Shown: positions 26,928 to 36,364 of the stretch, piece after piece
Position numbering within the stretch: position 1 is the first letter of the stretch
How the letters are laid out: every line of letters begins with the position of its first letter
Source of the DNA: Candidatus Peribacteria bacterium
Lineage (GTDB): Bacteria > Patescibacteriota > Gracilibacteria > Peribacterales > Peribacteraceae
Assembly: GCA_041691135.1 (NCBI GenBank)
Contig: JBEPVF010000001.1
Location: 96,001 to 160,000, forward strand
Length of the DNA: 64,000 bases
Direction: 5' to 3'
Translations under genes and position numbers: made by a program
Notes under the pieces: generated by a model
What the model saw: only the letters and a program-made list of their open reading frames with translations
Told to the model about the DNA's origin: nothing
Database searches by the model: none

Positions 26928-28334
26928 ATGCAAACACTCGGAGTCGTTGGCCTCGGTACGATGGGTGCGAATCTTGCGCGCAACGCGGCGCGCAATGGAG
27001 CGACGGTTGCCGTGTATAATCGGACCGCCGAAAAAACAACCGCCTTCATGAAGGCCCATGGCAAAGAGGGGACGTTCATTGCCTGTCATTCTCTCGCCGA
27101 ACTCGAAGAGGCACTGCCAACGCCGCGTGCCATTTTGCTGATGGTGAAAGCCGGAGAGGCGGTTGATGACATTATCAAGGAACTCATGCCCCACTTGGAG
27201 AAGGGTGATATTTTGATCGATGGCGGAAACAGTCATTTTCGTGACACGGAACGACGTCAGGCAATGCTGACGAAGAAAGGAATCCACCTGCTCGGCATGG
27301 GCGTGAGCGGCGGCGAAGAAGGTGCATTGCATGGTCCGAGTTTGATGCCGGGCGGGGACGAAAAATCGTACAAAAAAATCGAGCCATTACTCCGGAAGAT
27401 GGCGGCCAGCGATGGTGATGGCGGCCGATGTGTCAGCTACGTCGGTGGCGGCGGATCGGGGCATTTCGTCAAGATCGTCCATAACGGCATCGAGTATGGC
27501 CTGATGCAGATTATTGCCGAAGTGTACGACTTGCTGCGCTCGGCGGGTCATCTGTATCCGCCGGAACTCGAGCAAATCTTCTCGGATTTCAACGACGGAG
27601 TCCTCGCTTCTTTCTTGCTCGATATTACGGCCAAGATTTTTCGCAAAAAAGACGAATCAGGTTCGGGCTACCTGCTCGATCTCATCCGTGACGCGGCGGG
27701 TCAGAAGGGGACCGGAAAGTGGGCTACCGACGTGGCGATGGATGTGGGAGTAGCTATCCCCACCATCACAGCGGCCGTGGATGCCCGCATTCTTTCGGGC
27801 GACAAGTTACTGCGCATGAGAGGTCAGTGCTTTCTGCCGGCGCCGGCCACAGTTCCGCCTTCGCTCAACGATATTCTGATTCCGATGATCAGTGGAACGC
27901 TGGAGCTGTCGTTTCTGCTCACGTACTGGCAAGGTTTTGAGCTGATCGCGAAAGCAAACGATGAACACAAGTGGGGCATTCAGCGCAGCGAGATTGCCCG
28001 CCTCTGGCGCGGAGGCTGCATCATACGATCAGCGTTACTTCCCGATTTTCAACAGGTATTCGCAGATGAATCCGATAGAAATACGACCGAACAGGAAACG
28101 TTTTTCCATCGCTTCGGCGGCGAGAAGCAAACCGCCTTCCGCACGTTCGTATCGGCATGCATCCAAACCGGCGTTCCGGTCCCCGCTTTGAGTTCGGCTC
28201 TTGCGTATTACGATTCGCTCCGTCGTGTTCAACTGCCGCAGAATCTTATCCAGGCGCAACGCGATTTTTTCGGCGCCCATACCTTCGAGCGTACCGACTG
28301 CGAAGGCAGCTTTCATGCCGATTGGGCTGAGTAA
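26928..28334 (+). CDS. gndA: 6-phosphogluconate dehydrogenase, NADP-dependent
   Basis: GLGTMG, YNRT, IDGGNS, VSGGEEGA, KIVHNGIEYG, QKGTG, WRGGCIIRS, QAQRDFFGAH. Confidence 0.96.
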   Translation: MQTLGVVGLGTMGANLARNAARNGATVAVYNRTAEKTTAFMKAHGKEGTFIACHSLAELEEALPTPRAILLMVKAGEAVDDIIKELMPHLEKGDILIDGGNSHFRDTERRQAMLTKKGIHLLGMGVSGGEEGALHGPSLMPGGDEKSYKKIEPLLRKMAASDGDGGRCVSYVGGGGSGHFVKIVHNGIEYGLMQIIAEVYDLLRSAGHLYPPELEQIFSDFNDGVLASFLLDITAKIFRKKDESGSGYLLDLIRDAAGQKGTGKWATDVAMDVGVAIPTITAAVDARILSGDKLLRMRGQCFLPAPATVPPSLNDILIPMISGTLELSFLLTYWQGFELIAKANDEHKWGIQRSEIARLWRGGCIIRSALLPDFQQVFADESDRNTTEQETFFHRFGGEKQTAFRTFVSACIQTGVPVPALSSALAYYDSLRRVQLPQNLIQAQRDFFGAHTFERTDCEGSFHADWAE

Positions 28335-28388
28335 AAGGTAACCGAGGAAACAGAAGGAACTGAGGTGATGGACGAAGGGAACGGCTCT

Positions 28389-29264
28389 TCACAATACCTT
28401 TAATGCCAATAGCGCTGCACCGAGCATATCCGGATGGTCCGCCGCCGCCACGCGTAACAGCGGGACTGGCATGGGAGACAGCACCCACGTAGTTAGTTCT
28501 TTCGCAATGACCGGCAGATGTTTTTCCAACGCCTTGCCTGCGCTCCCGCCGAAGACGATCACCGACGGATCGAGCAAATGTATCAGACTTGCGCAGAGCC
28601 AGGCTACTTCCTTAAACAAATCCGGTCGCAGAAAAGCGCATGCTTCGCCGTTGAAATAATCGGTGGGAGTATCGGCATCCGTGCATCGCGCCCCAATGGC
28701 GGTTCCCGATAAAAATTGCTCCACATCCCCGCGCAGATCTTTTGTTTTGTACGGGGGCTGACCCGGCATCAACAACATGTGGCCGATCTCGCCCGCGAAA
28801 CCGTTGGCGCCGCGAAAAATCCGTCCGTCTATCACGATGCCGCCGCCCACTCCCGTCCCCAGCGTGATCCCCACTACCACCGGCAATCCTTTGCCGGCTC
28901 CGTGTGAAGCTTCGGCAAACGTGAAGCAATTGGCGTCATTCTCGACGACAATCGGAAGCTTCAGTTCCTGTTCAAGGATGTGCAGCAATGGAATATCAAC
29001 TCCATCGGGAATATTAGGCGTGTGCAAAACCACTCCATCGGCCGCACGAACCAAACCCGGAACGCCGACTCCAACTGCCACCGTATCCGGTGTGCGCATT
29101 GTTTGAATGGCATCGATCATTTCCTTCTGTACCGCCAAAAATCCCCGGCTTGCATCCGTCGGATAGCGACGGGATTCCAGTAAAGCGCCCGTCTCCGCAT
29201 CGAAACGGCCGATGCTTGATTTCGTTCCGCCTAAATCGAAGCCGATGACGGATTGTGATGCCAC
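28389..29264 (-). CDS. ROK family sugar kinase (glucokinase-like)
   Basis: DLGGTK, ENDAN, TLGTGVGGG, AGEIGH; GTG start inferred. Confidence 0.9.
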   Translation of the reverse strand: MASQSVIGFDLGGTKSSIGRFDAETGALLESRRYPTDASRGFLAVQKEMIDAIQTMRTPDTVAVGVGVPGLVRAADGVVLHTPNIPDGVDIPLLHILEQELKLPIVVENDANCFTFAEASHGAGKGLPVVVGITLGTGVGGGIVIDGRIFRGANGFAGEIGHMLLMPGQPPYKTKDLRGDVEQFLSGTAIGARCTDADTPTDYFNGEACAFLRPDLFKEVAWLCASLIHLLDPSVIVFGGSAGKALEKHLPVIAKELTTWVLSPMPVPLLRVAAADHPDMLGAALLALKVL

Positions 29265-29427
29265 CGCAGTACTGTAGCACAATGCTTCAGTTGGAAAGAA
29301 AGTCTTTTCAGGCCCAATGGAACGGTTTTTGAAAGAAACGCCGAATTCATTCGTCCTAATGCTCGCATAAAAAACACTGCGGACTCCTTCAGTTCTATCC
29401 TGAATGCCGCTACTCTATCTCTGTATT

Positions 29428-29943
29428 ATGGATGAATCCCAGCAAAGCATCGAAGAGATGTTCGAGAACGCGTATCGCGATTACTCGGACGCCATTTTCA
29501 GGCACTGCTATTTTCGCGTATTCGACCGTGAACTGGGGAAGGAACTGATGCAGGAAACATTCATGCGATCGTGGAAGTATCTGACGGATGGAAAGAAAGT
29601 CGATAATATGCGGGCGTTTCTCTATCGCATCGCGAACAATCTCATCATCGACTACGTGCGCAAAAAGAAGGAAGTATCGCTCGATGATCTGCAGGCCAAA
29701 GGGTTGGATCCTTCTTATGATGCGATGCCCGAAATGCAGAGAAAAGTGGATGAGTCGGCTATCGTTGCATCCCTCTCAAATTTGGAACCTGACTACCGTG
29801 AAGTGTTGATCATGCGATATGTGGACGGTCTTAATCCGGCCGATATCGCCGAAATTACGGGTGAGTCAGCCAATACGATTTCAGTCCGCATCCATCGCGG
29901 TCTTAAACAGCTGCGTTCATTTTTGCAAAAGAAAGGCGCCTGA
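29428..29943 (+). CDS. ECF RNA polymerase sigma factor
   Basis: QETFMR.W, FLYRIANNLIIDY, region 4 IAEITGESANTISVRIHRG. Confidence 0.93.
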   Translation: MDESQQSIEEMFENAYRDYSDAIFRHCYFRVFDRELGKELMQETFMRSWKYLTDGKKVDNMRAFLYRIANNLIIDYVRKKKEVSLDDLQAKGLDPSYDAMPEMQRKVDESAIVASLSNLEPDYREVLIMRYVDGLNPADIAEITGESANTISVRIHRGLKQLRSFLQKKGA

Positions 29944-29963
29944 GGAAGATTTATAAGTAAAAA

Positions 29964-29990
29964 ATGAACCCCGATTCAGTCGGGGTTCAT
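29964..29990. terminator. Hairpin terminator between convergent genes
   Basis: ATGAACCCCG-attcagt-CGGGGTTCAT with an upstream A-run. Confidence 0.75.
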
Positions 29991-30006
29991 AACATGCTTA
30001 CCAGAC

Positions 30007-30372
30007 TTACACTCGCATTGCCTTTGGACTTCCGAAGCCGATGACCAACGTCACGATCGAGATGGCCAGATGCAGATAGTTGTCCGCTGTATTGACGGTG
30101 ATAAGGTTCAATACCACACCGTTTGGACTGAGGAATCCGAGAATGGTTACCAGCGCATACACGAGTCCGAAGACCATCAGGTACATGCGTGAGTTTTGAT
30201 AGCTGGTTGCCGCTGCCGCGAGAGCCACGATACCGCTCGCCAGGTGGATGATATTGTGGATATTATCGACGGCAAACAGACCCAATACGGGATTCTGCAT
30301 GTAACCCAGGACTCCGACGATCAACAAGACAACGCCGAAGATCCAAGTGATGGGCTTTACCAATTGAGCCAT
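30007..30372 (-). CDS. DUF4383-like membrane protein
   Basis: Four TM helices; HNIIHLASG, ADNYLHL. Confidence 0.8.
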   Translation of the reverse strand: MAQLVKPITWIFGVVLLIVGVLGYMQNPVLGLFAVDNIHNIIHLASGIVALAAAATSYQNSRMYLMVFGLVYALVTILGFLSPNGVVLNLITVNTADNYLHLAISIVTLVIGFGSPKAMRV

Positions 30373-30515
30373 AGAAAATGGGGGAAAGAGAAAGAGTATG
30401 AAAGGAAGTATATCACTCTTAACACCCCTTCAGATGACTTCGTTTTGCTGTGCCGCTTAAAACATGCTGTTTTATGCTATTGGCGCTGGCCTTCTTGGCG
30501 TCGTACCATGCATGT

Positions 30516-31274
30516 ATGAATGAGGAAAATGTACGCACACGCAATATATTTGATCCGGCTGACGGGCAGCATCCGTTTAAGCTCAGTCGCAGCAAACTGG
30601 AGCAATTTTTACAATGCCCGCGCTGTTTTTATTTGGATCGACGACTTGGGATTGAGCGGCCCGATTGGCCGAGCCCGACGCTGAACATCGCCGTCGATCA
30701 ATTGATGAAACGCGAATTCGATTTATCACGCGGAAAAGGCGAAGCGCATCCGCTGATGCAGCTCTACGATGTGGAAGCGTTGCCGTTGCAACATCCGGAT
30801 CTCGCACAATGGCGTGATGCGCAGCGTGGCATTTCTTTTTTACATGAGCCGTCGAACTTTCTTTTCTTCGGTGCGGTGGATGACGTATGGGTGGATACGG
30901 ATGGGCAACTGATGATCGTCGATTACAAAGCGACGAGCACCGTCGCGGGAGCGAGTGTCGACCTTCGCGGCAAAGACAGTTACAAGCGTCAGCTGGAAAT
31001 GTACCAGTGGCTGTTCCGTCAAAATGGATTCGCCGTGTCGCCCGTCGGATATCTGGTGTTTGCCAACGCCGACCGCGGACGCGACACATTCGACGGTCGT
31101 CTGGAATTCACGTTGTCGGTTCTTCCGTATCAAGGGGACACCGACTGGGTGGCTGATGCGCTCGTCGAAGCAAAAACGGCTCTGATGAAAGAAGAGCTAC
31201 CCATGCCTCATCCAACGTGCGAGTGGTGCGGATACAGAAGAATCGCGAGGAACGTTGAACAGCCAATGAACTGA
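30516..31274 (+). CDS. PD-(D/E)XK nuclease (Cas4/AddB-like, Cys-containing)
   Basis: LSRSK...CPRCFY, GAVDD, IVDYK, QLEMY, CEWC. Confidence 0.85.
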   Translation: MNEENVRTRNIFDPADGQHPFKLSRSKLEQFLQCPRCFYLDRRLGIERPDWPSPTLNIAVDQLMKREFDLSRGKGEAHPLMQLYDVEALPLQHPDLAQWRDAQRGISFLHEPSNFLFFGAVDDVWVDTDGQLMIVDYKATSTVAGASVDLRGKDSYKRQLEMYQWLFRQNGFAVSPVGYLVFANADRGRDTFDGRLEFTLSVLPYQGDTDWVADALVEAKTALMKEELPMPHPTCEWCGYRRIARNVEQPMN

Positions 31275-31281
31275 TTCATGT

Positions 31282-31647
31282 ATGTACGGCGCATTTCGCA
31301 ACTCCATCGGCTTCCTCAATGACATCCCCGATCATCTCTACCTTGATCTCGATCTGTCTGAATTTCATCTTCCTCACGGACGGATTGCCGCATTGCGAGA
31401 GGCACTCGAGATACTCTTGGGTCACTATGTCATGAGCTATGACTGCCATGTATCCCGGCGCGATCTTCCTCCTGCAAAACACCTCTGTGCTCATTACAAG
31501 GGCGCTGATCTGACACGCGACCAACGGGAAATTCTGAAAAAATTTGAGGCGGTCAGTCAGCCATTGGGCGTTAGCTTTGTCGTCTATCAAAAACCACTTC
31601 GTCTATTTTCCGATGCTCCAATTGCATGCAGAGGCTATAAGTTTTGA
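31282..31647 (+). CDS. Hypothetical protein
   Basis: ORF 7 nt downstream of the nuclease, co-oriented. Confidence 0.5.
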   Translation: MYGAFRNSIGFLNDIPDHLYLDLDLSEFHLPHGRIAALREALEILLGHYVMSYDCHVSRRDLPPAKHLCAHYKGADLTRDQREILKKFEAVSQPLGVSFVVYQKPLRLFSDAPIACRGYKF

Positions 31648-31649
31648 TA

Positions 31650-31681
31650 CTGTGCCACATCGCCGCAGGCGATTTACGTGG
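31650..31681 (-). repeat. tRNA-trailer palindromic element
   Basis: CCAcgtaaatcgcctgcggcgatgtggcacag, homologous to 49090-49123. Confidence 0.7.
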
Positions 31682-31772
31682 CGGAGAGGGGGGGATTTGA
31701 ACCCCCGATACGGTTTTAACGCCGTATACCGCATTAGCAGTGCGGCCCTTTCGACCACTCAGGCACCTCTCC
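31679..31772 (-). tRNA. tRNA-Ser(GCT)
   Basis: GGAGAGG..., CCGCA-CTGCTAA-TGCGG, long variable arm, CCA. Confidence 0.95.
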
Positions 31773-31901
31773 ACGCCGGGCCAGTATAAGCAATCAGCAT
31801 TGTGTATTACTAGGCCTACTTTCTAAGGCGGCTAGGATGCCTCACTCAAACTTTGATCAATTTATGTATTCAAGGTATGCTGCAATTATTCTGGTTCCAG
31901 C

Positions 31902-32837
31902 ATGAAACTTCAACATATTCCCGTTCTCCTCAATGGCGACGAGCAAGCAGGTCATGCTGATGTATTGTCGATTCTCCAACCTCAGTCGCATGAATCCGTG
32001 CTGGACGTTACGCTGGGACTCGGCGGACATGCGCACGCCTTTCTGAAGCAGACAGCACCTGATGGCATGTTGACCGGCTTGGATGCCGATGAAGAAAATC
32101 TATCGCTCGCGCGAGAGTCATTGAAAGAATTTGATGATCGACTTCGATTTGTTCATGCCAACTTTCGAGATATAGGACAATTGGATCTTCCGGCGTTCGA
32201 TATCATCTTTGCCGATCTCGGTGTCAGTTCACCGCATTTCGACGATCCTCAGCGGGGCTTCACCTTCCGGTCCGATGCGCCGCTCGATATGCGCTATGAC
32301 CGGACAAGCGGCCTGACGGCGGCTGAGTGGCTGCAAAAAGCCGACGAACGTGATATCTACGTGACGCTGCGTGATTACGGCGAACTTCGTGAGGCGAAGC
32401 GTCTGGGAACGATCTTGTACCGCACGGCTCAAGAAACACCGGAGAGTGTTGCCACAACGACAGGCATTCGTCAGGTATGCGAAGCGGCATTCGGGTATCG
32501 CGCGCCTTCTCTATTGCCGCAGATATTCCAGGCACTTCGCATTCGCGTGAATGATGAACTCGGCGCGCTCGAAGCACTTCTCGCTGCTGCGCCGTTGCTG
32601 CTGAAGTCGGGCGGTCGCTTTGGCATCCTCACGTACCACTCACTCGAAGATCGAATGGTAAAACAAACATTCCGTGCGTTGACGACTCCTACTATAAATG
32701 ACATAACAGGTGCTGTAGTGATCCCGGCAGCTTTTGAATTACTGACCCGGAAAGCCATTGTTCCCAGCGAAGCGGAGGTTTCTCGCAATCCGCGAGCCCG
32801 TAGCGGAAAACTCCGGGCGCTTCGGCGTGTCACGTGA
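31902..32837 (+). CDS. rsmH: 16S rRNA m4C1402 methyltransferase RsmH
   Basis: HIPVL, D.TLGLGGH, DLGVSS, RGF, PLDMR, FQALRIRVNDEL, HSLEDR, NPRARS. Confidence 0.97.
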   Translation: MKLQHIPVLLNGDEQAGHADVLSILQPQSHESVLDVTLGLGGHAHAFLKQTAPDGMLTGLDADEENLSLARESLKEFDDRLRFVHANFRDIGQLDLPAFDIIFADLGVSSPHFDDPQRGFTFRSDAPLDMRYDRTSGLTAAEWLQKADERDIYVTLRDYGELREAKRLGTILYRTAQETPESVATTTGIRQVCEAAFGYRAPSLLPQIFQALRIRVNDELGALEALLAAAPLLLKSGGRFGILTYHSLEDRMVKQTFRALTTPTINDITGAVVIPAAFELLTRKAIVPSEAEVSRNPRARSGKLRALRRVT

Positions 32838-32865
32838 TGTGATTTTTCCCCTTTCCTCTGCTACT

Positions 32866-33240
32866 ATGACTTCCGCTGTGTTCTCGTCGCTCTTCTCTTC
32901 GCCGGATACTCCACGTCGCTCGTCGCTGGGCCGCATGGTAAATCAAAGTACCATGCTCTTGATGGTGAGTATCGGTTCGTTGATTCTGATTCTGGCGTTG
33001 CTCATTTTGTTTCACGAGAATGCGAACGCAACAAAAGGATATGACCTGCGCAACCTCGAAGGCGACCGCTCGGCGGCGCTGCTTGAGCAGGAAGTTCTAT
33101 CGATGCAGATTTCCGAAGCCCAGGCGCTGAACCATCTGCAGAATGATGCCCAAATTCAATCAATGATAGCCGTTAAAAATCCTCTCTACGCACACGAAGT
33201 GCCGGCCGTGGCGATGAAGACCGCATCGACAACAAATTAA
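32866..33240 (+). CDS. FtsL-like bitopic coiled-coil protein
   Basis: Directly after rsmH; one TM helix followed by a coiled coil. Confidence 0.55.
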   Translation: MTSAVFSSLFSSPDTPRRSSLGRMVNQSTMLLMVSIGSLILILALLILFHENANATKGYDLRNLEGDRSAALLEQEVLSMQISEAQALNHLQNDAQIQSMIAVKNPLYAHEVPAVAMKTASTTN

Positions 33241-33286
33241 AGCAGAAATCTGAAGCTCAAAGAGGACAAGCATTTTTCGGCTGTAC

Positions 33287-34702
33287 CTACGCAATTGTTC
33301 TCACCTGAATTGTATGAATATCGACGTCATTCGCTCTGGCATCGGCCACGACGATCACGTCGTCGCCTTTCTGTACAAGCGATAATTCTTTGAGCATTTT
33401 CATTGCTCTCTGAACGGTTTTTTCCGGATCGGCATCGAAGTCCAGCACGAACGGCAGAATGCCGTAAGACAGATGCATGTGTCGCTGGATGTGTTCGTCC
33501 GGAGAAAATGAAAAAATGGGACGGATGGGACGATATTTACACACGTCGCGGGCCGTCTTGCCGCTGCGTGTTACGACGACGAGCGCCGCGGCATCGGTAC
33601 TCGTTGCCAACGTGACTGCTGCTTCGGCTCGTGCTTCGCGGTTGTTGTGGATTCCCAATTCCTCCATCGATTCCGCACGTGCCAAGTGGTCCTCGGTCGC
33701 CCGGAGCACACGGTCCATTGCCTTGAGTGACGCGACCACATGTTTGCCGGCGGCCGTTTCTCCCGAAAGCATCGTTGCATCGGCACGGGTGGTTGCGGCA
33801 TGCGCGATGTCGGTCACTTCGGCACGCGTGGGCATCGGGTTCTCGATCATGCTCTCGAGCATGTGCGTAGCGACGATGACCGGTTTGCTGGCTTCACGGC
33901 AGGCCGACACGATGTCGTCCTGGATTACCGGCACACGTTCGAAGGGAACTTCGGCGCCCAGATCGCCGCGGGCGACCATGATGCCGTCGGCCACGCGCAG
34001 AATGTCGGCGAGATTATCGACGCCCTGACGCGTTTCGATTTTTGCCAGCACCTGAATGGAACTGCCGTGTGAATCCAAAAAATCTTTTACCCGTTGGACG
34101 TCATTGCCGGTTTGAACGAATGATAAGGCAATAAAGTCGAGGTCTTCGTCGATCGCGAACTTGATATCCTGCCAGTCTTTTTCGGTGATCGGATCTAAAT
34201 CGAGATCCGCTCCCGGCAAATTTACATGTCGACGCGAACCGATTGATCCGGCGTCCTGCGCTTTTGCAAGCACCGTCTCGCCCTCAACCGAGAGGAAATC
34301 AAAGGTGAGCTCGCCATTGTCGAGCAGAATCTGATCGGCAGTACCGGCGACTTTCGAAAAATGATCATAGTTCACTTGAATGACTTCGTGGGCCGCATTC
34401 TCAAGCGGATGTGGCGAAAAAATAACAATTTGATCCGCAGTGACCTGCAACGGTGCGGCACGATCACCGGTGCGGATTTCCGCTCCTTGTGTGTCCATCA
34501 GAATCGAGACGCACGGCTGGTCGGCCGAACCGCACGTTTTCGAAAGGGCTTTCAGATGTTGGATAACTTCACGATGCTGCTCCTGCGCACCATGGGACAT
34601 ATTGATGCGCGCCACGTTCATACCGGCACGAATCAAAGCTTCTAATTGTTTGGGGTCGCTGCTGGCCGGGCCGATCGTGCAGACAATTTTTGTGGAGCGC
34701 AT
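33287..34702 (-). CDS. pyk: Pyruvate kinase
   Basis: TKIVCTIGPAS, ARINMSH, AKIE, MVARGDLG, MLESM..P.PTRAE, MLSGETA. Confidence 0.97.
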   Translation of the reverse strand: MRSTKIVCTIGPASSDPKQLEALIRAGMNVARINMSHGAQEQHREVIQHLKALSKTCGSADQPCVSILMDTQGAEIRTGDRAAPLQVTADQIVIFSPHPLENAAHEVIQVNYDHFSKVAGTADQILLDNGELTFDFLSVEGETVLAKAQDAGSIGSRRHVNLPGADLDLDPITEKDWQDIKFAIDEDLDFIALSFVQTGNDVQRVKDFLDSHGSSIQVLAKIETRQGVDNLADILRVADGIMVARGDLGAEVPFERVPVIQDDIVSACREASKPVIVATHMLESMIENPMPTRAEVTDIAHAATTRADATMLSGETAAGKHVVASLKAMDRVLRATEDHLARAESMEELGIHNNREARAEAAVTLATSTDAAALVVVTRSGKTARDVCKYRPIRPIFSFSPDEHIQRHMHLSYGILPFVLDFDADPEKTVQRAMKMLKELSLVQKGDDVIVVADARANDVDIHTIQVRTIA

Positions 34703-34819
34703 AGCGGAAGAGTAGCGAGAGCGGCCCAAAAGGCCAATAGAGTCGACAGAATGCGAGTGTGTGTGATGATGCGAACGTTCTAAAGACAAGCGATCACATC
34801 TGTGGTATTATATCATGAA

Positions 34820-36151
34820 ATGACACCCAAAGACAGATCACTCCTGACGGCTGCGTTGGTTCTTACCTTGGCGGTCATCGTAGCCGCACAAAGCCTCATC
34901 TGGCCGCATTTTGCTGCATCGGCTCAATCGGAAATATCCTCTTCGAGCAGCCTCATTGTCAAAAGCCGTGGGACATCGTACAAACCGCAGTACACGCCGG
35001 ATCCCAATCAGGTGAGCACGACGGCGAAACAAATATGTGGCGATCGGATGATTGAAACCGGTGAAGAATGCGACGACGGCTCCATGAACGGGTTCGGACG
35101 CTGTTCAAAAAATTGCCAGTTGCAATACTGCGGCGATGGAACGCTGACGCCCGCCGTCGGCGAAGAGTGCGAGGCGACACCGATGATGTTTCTCGATCCG
35201 GCCACCAACCAACCGTACGAAGAACTTGGTTTCGAAACACGCACGTGCGGCGATCCGATTTGTACGCCGCCGGATCCGACCAAAGGCATCGCCGGCTGTC
35301 TGCAAAAATTTCTTCCTTCCTGTGCTTCAAAAACAACTGCCGCACAAACCGCAATCAGTTCGTCGTCTTCCCCTTTCGCCGAACCCGTCAGTGTATCCGC
35401 AACCTCCTCGTTTTCGGAGCAAACGATTGGTAGTACCCTTTGCGGTAATAGTGTCAAAGATCCTGGCGAACAATGCGATACAGGCAGCAAAAATTCAGAT
35501 ATCTTGCCTAATAGTTGCCGGTCAAATTGCACCATTCCACATTGCGGAGATGGCGTAATCGATACCAATTTGCAGGAACAATGTGACAGCGGAGCTGACA
35601 ATGCTGATGCACCGGATGCATGTCGAATATCCTGTGAGTTACCTCGCTGTGGCGACTCTATTGTCGATAGCGGTGAACAATGCGACGGTGGTGATGCGTG
35701 CTCACCACAATGTACGTTTATTGATGCAGCTTCGTCTTTGTCCGCATTCACCGATTCGTCAGTGCTGGTAGAGAGCAGTCTCTCCACTTCTGTCTTTTCT
35801 CTTTGCGGGGATGGGATTCTTGATCCATTAGAGCAATGTGACGGAGGCCCGCAATGCTCCTCCAATTGTACGCTGCTGGCGGTCGAGTCATTGTCGTCAT
35901 CTTCATCAGTGTCTTCATTTGCGGGGATATTCTGTGGTGACGGAATCGTACAGGGATCTGAACAGTGTGATGACGGCAATCGTATTACGGGTGATGGTTG
36001 CAGCGCTCTGTGCCTCACCGAATCTACCGCCTCCCTTGCCATTTCGACGCCCGAATCGGCAACTGACACTAATTTGCTTATTGTTTTTAGCGTTACGAGC
36101 CTTTTGGGATTTATTTCCGGAGCGGCGGCGGGGGTATTGGTCAGGCGCTGA
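34820..36151 (+). CDS. Myxococcus-type cysteine-rich repeat (DUF4215) surface protein with C-terminal TM anchor
   Basis: Repeated CG(D/N)G....EQCD.G...C...C units; N-terminal signal/TM and C-terminal TM. Confidence 0.88.
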   Translation: MTPKDRSLLTAALVLTLAVIVAAQSLIWPHFAASAQSEISSSSSLIVKSRGTSYKPQYTPDPNQVSTTAKQICGDRMIETGEECDDGSMNGFGRCSKNCQLQYCGDGTLTPAVGEECEATPMMFLDPATNQPYEELGFETRTCGDPICTPPDPTKGIAGCLQKFLPSCASKTTAAQTAISSSSSPFAEPVSVSATSSFSEQTIGSTLCGNSVKDPGEQCDTGSKNSDILPNSCRSNCTIPHCGDGVIDTNLQEQCDSGADNADAPDACRISCELPRCGDSIVDSGEQCDGGDACSPQCTFIDAASSLSAFTDSSVLVESSLSTSVFSLCGDGILDPLEQCDGGPQCSSNCTLLAVESLSSSSSVSSFAGIFCGDGIVQGSEQCDDGNRITGDGCSALCLTESTASLAISTPESATDTNLLIVFSVTSLLGFISGAAAGVLVRR

Positions 36152-36183
36152 CCGATAAGAGACGACAGAGTCCGGCCATAGCC

Positions 36184-36212
36184 TTGTCCGTTGGCCGATT
36201 TTCTGCTATACT
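36184..36212 (+). promoter_or_regulatory. Sigma70 promoter with extended -10
   Basis: TTGTCC-N17-TATACT, with TG one base before the -10. Confidence 0.6.
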
Positions 36213-36238
36213 ATCTGGAAACATTCACACAAACCCTC

Positions 36239-36358
36239 ATGCTCTACATACTTCTTCCGTATCTGATCGTCGCCAACGGCGCCGCCATTGGATTCAATTT
36301 GCAACGTCTGTGGCTCCAGTCACAGAGTCGTCCGCTCAATCTGGAATTGCCCGAATAA
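36239..36358 (+). CDS. 39-aa small membrane protein (not in ORF track)
   Basis: MLYILLPYLIVANGAAIGFNLQRLWLQSQSRPLNLELPE*, lying between a promoter and a terminator. Confidence 0.5.
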   Translation: MLYILLPYLIVANGAAIGFNLQRLWLQSQSRPLNLELPE

Positions 36359-36364
36359 AAATTT

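Noticed and set aside
30516-31274. CRISPR-Cas locus suggested by the Cas4-like nuclease
   Set aside because: I saw no cas1/cas2 and no regularly spaced repeat array anywhere in the window.
35008-36069. 353-aa minus-strand ORF
   Set aside because: Antisense shadow of the Cys-rich repeat gene; its SHC/PQ repeats mirror that gene's codons.
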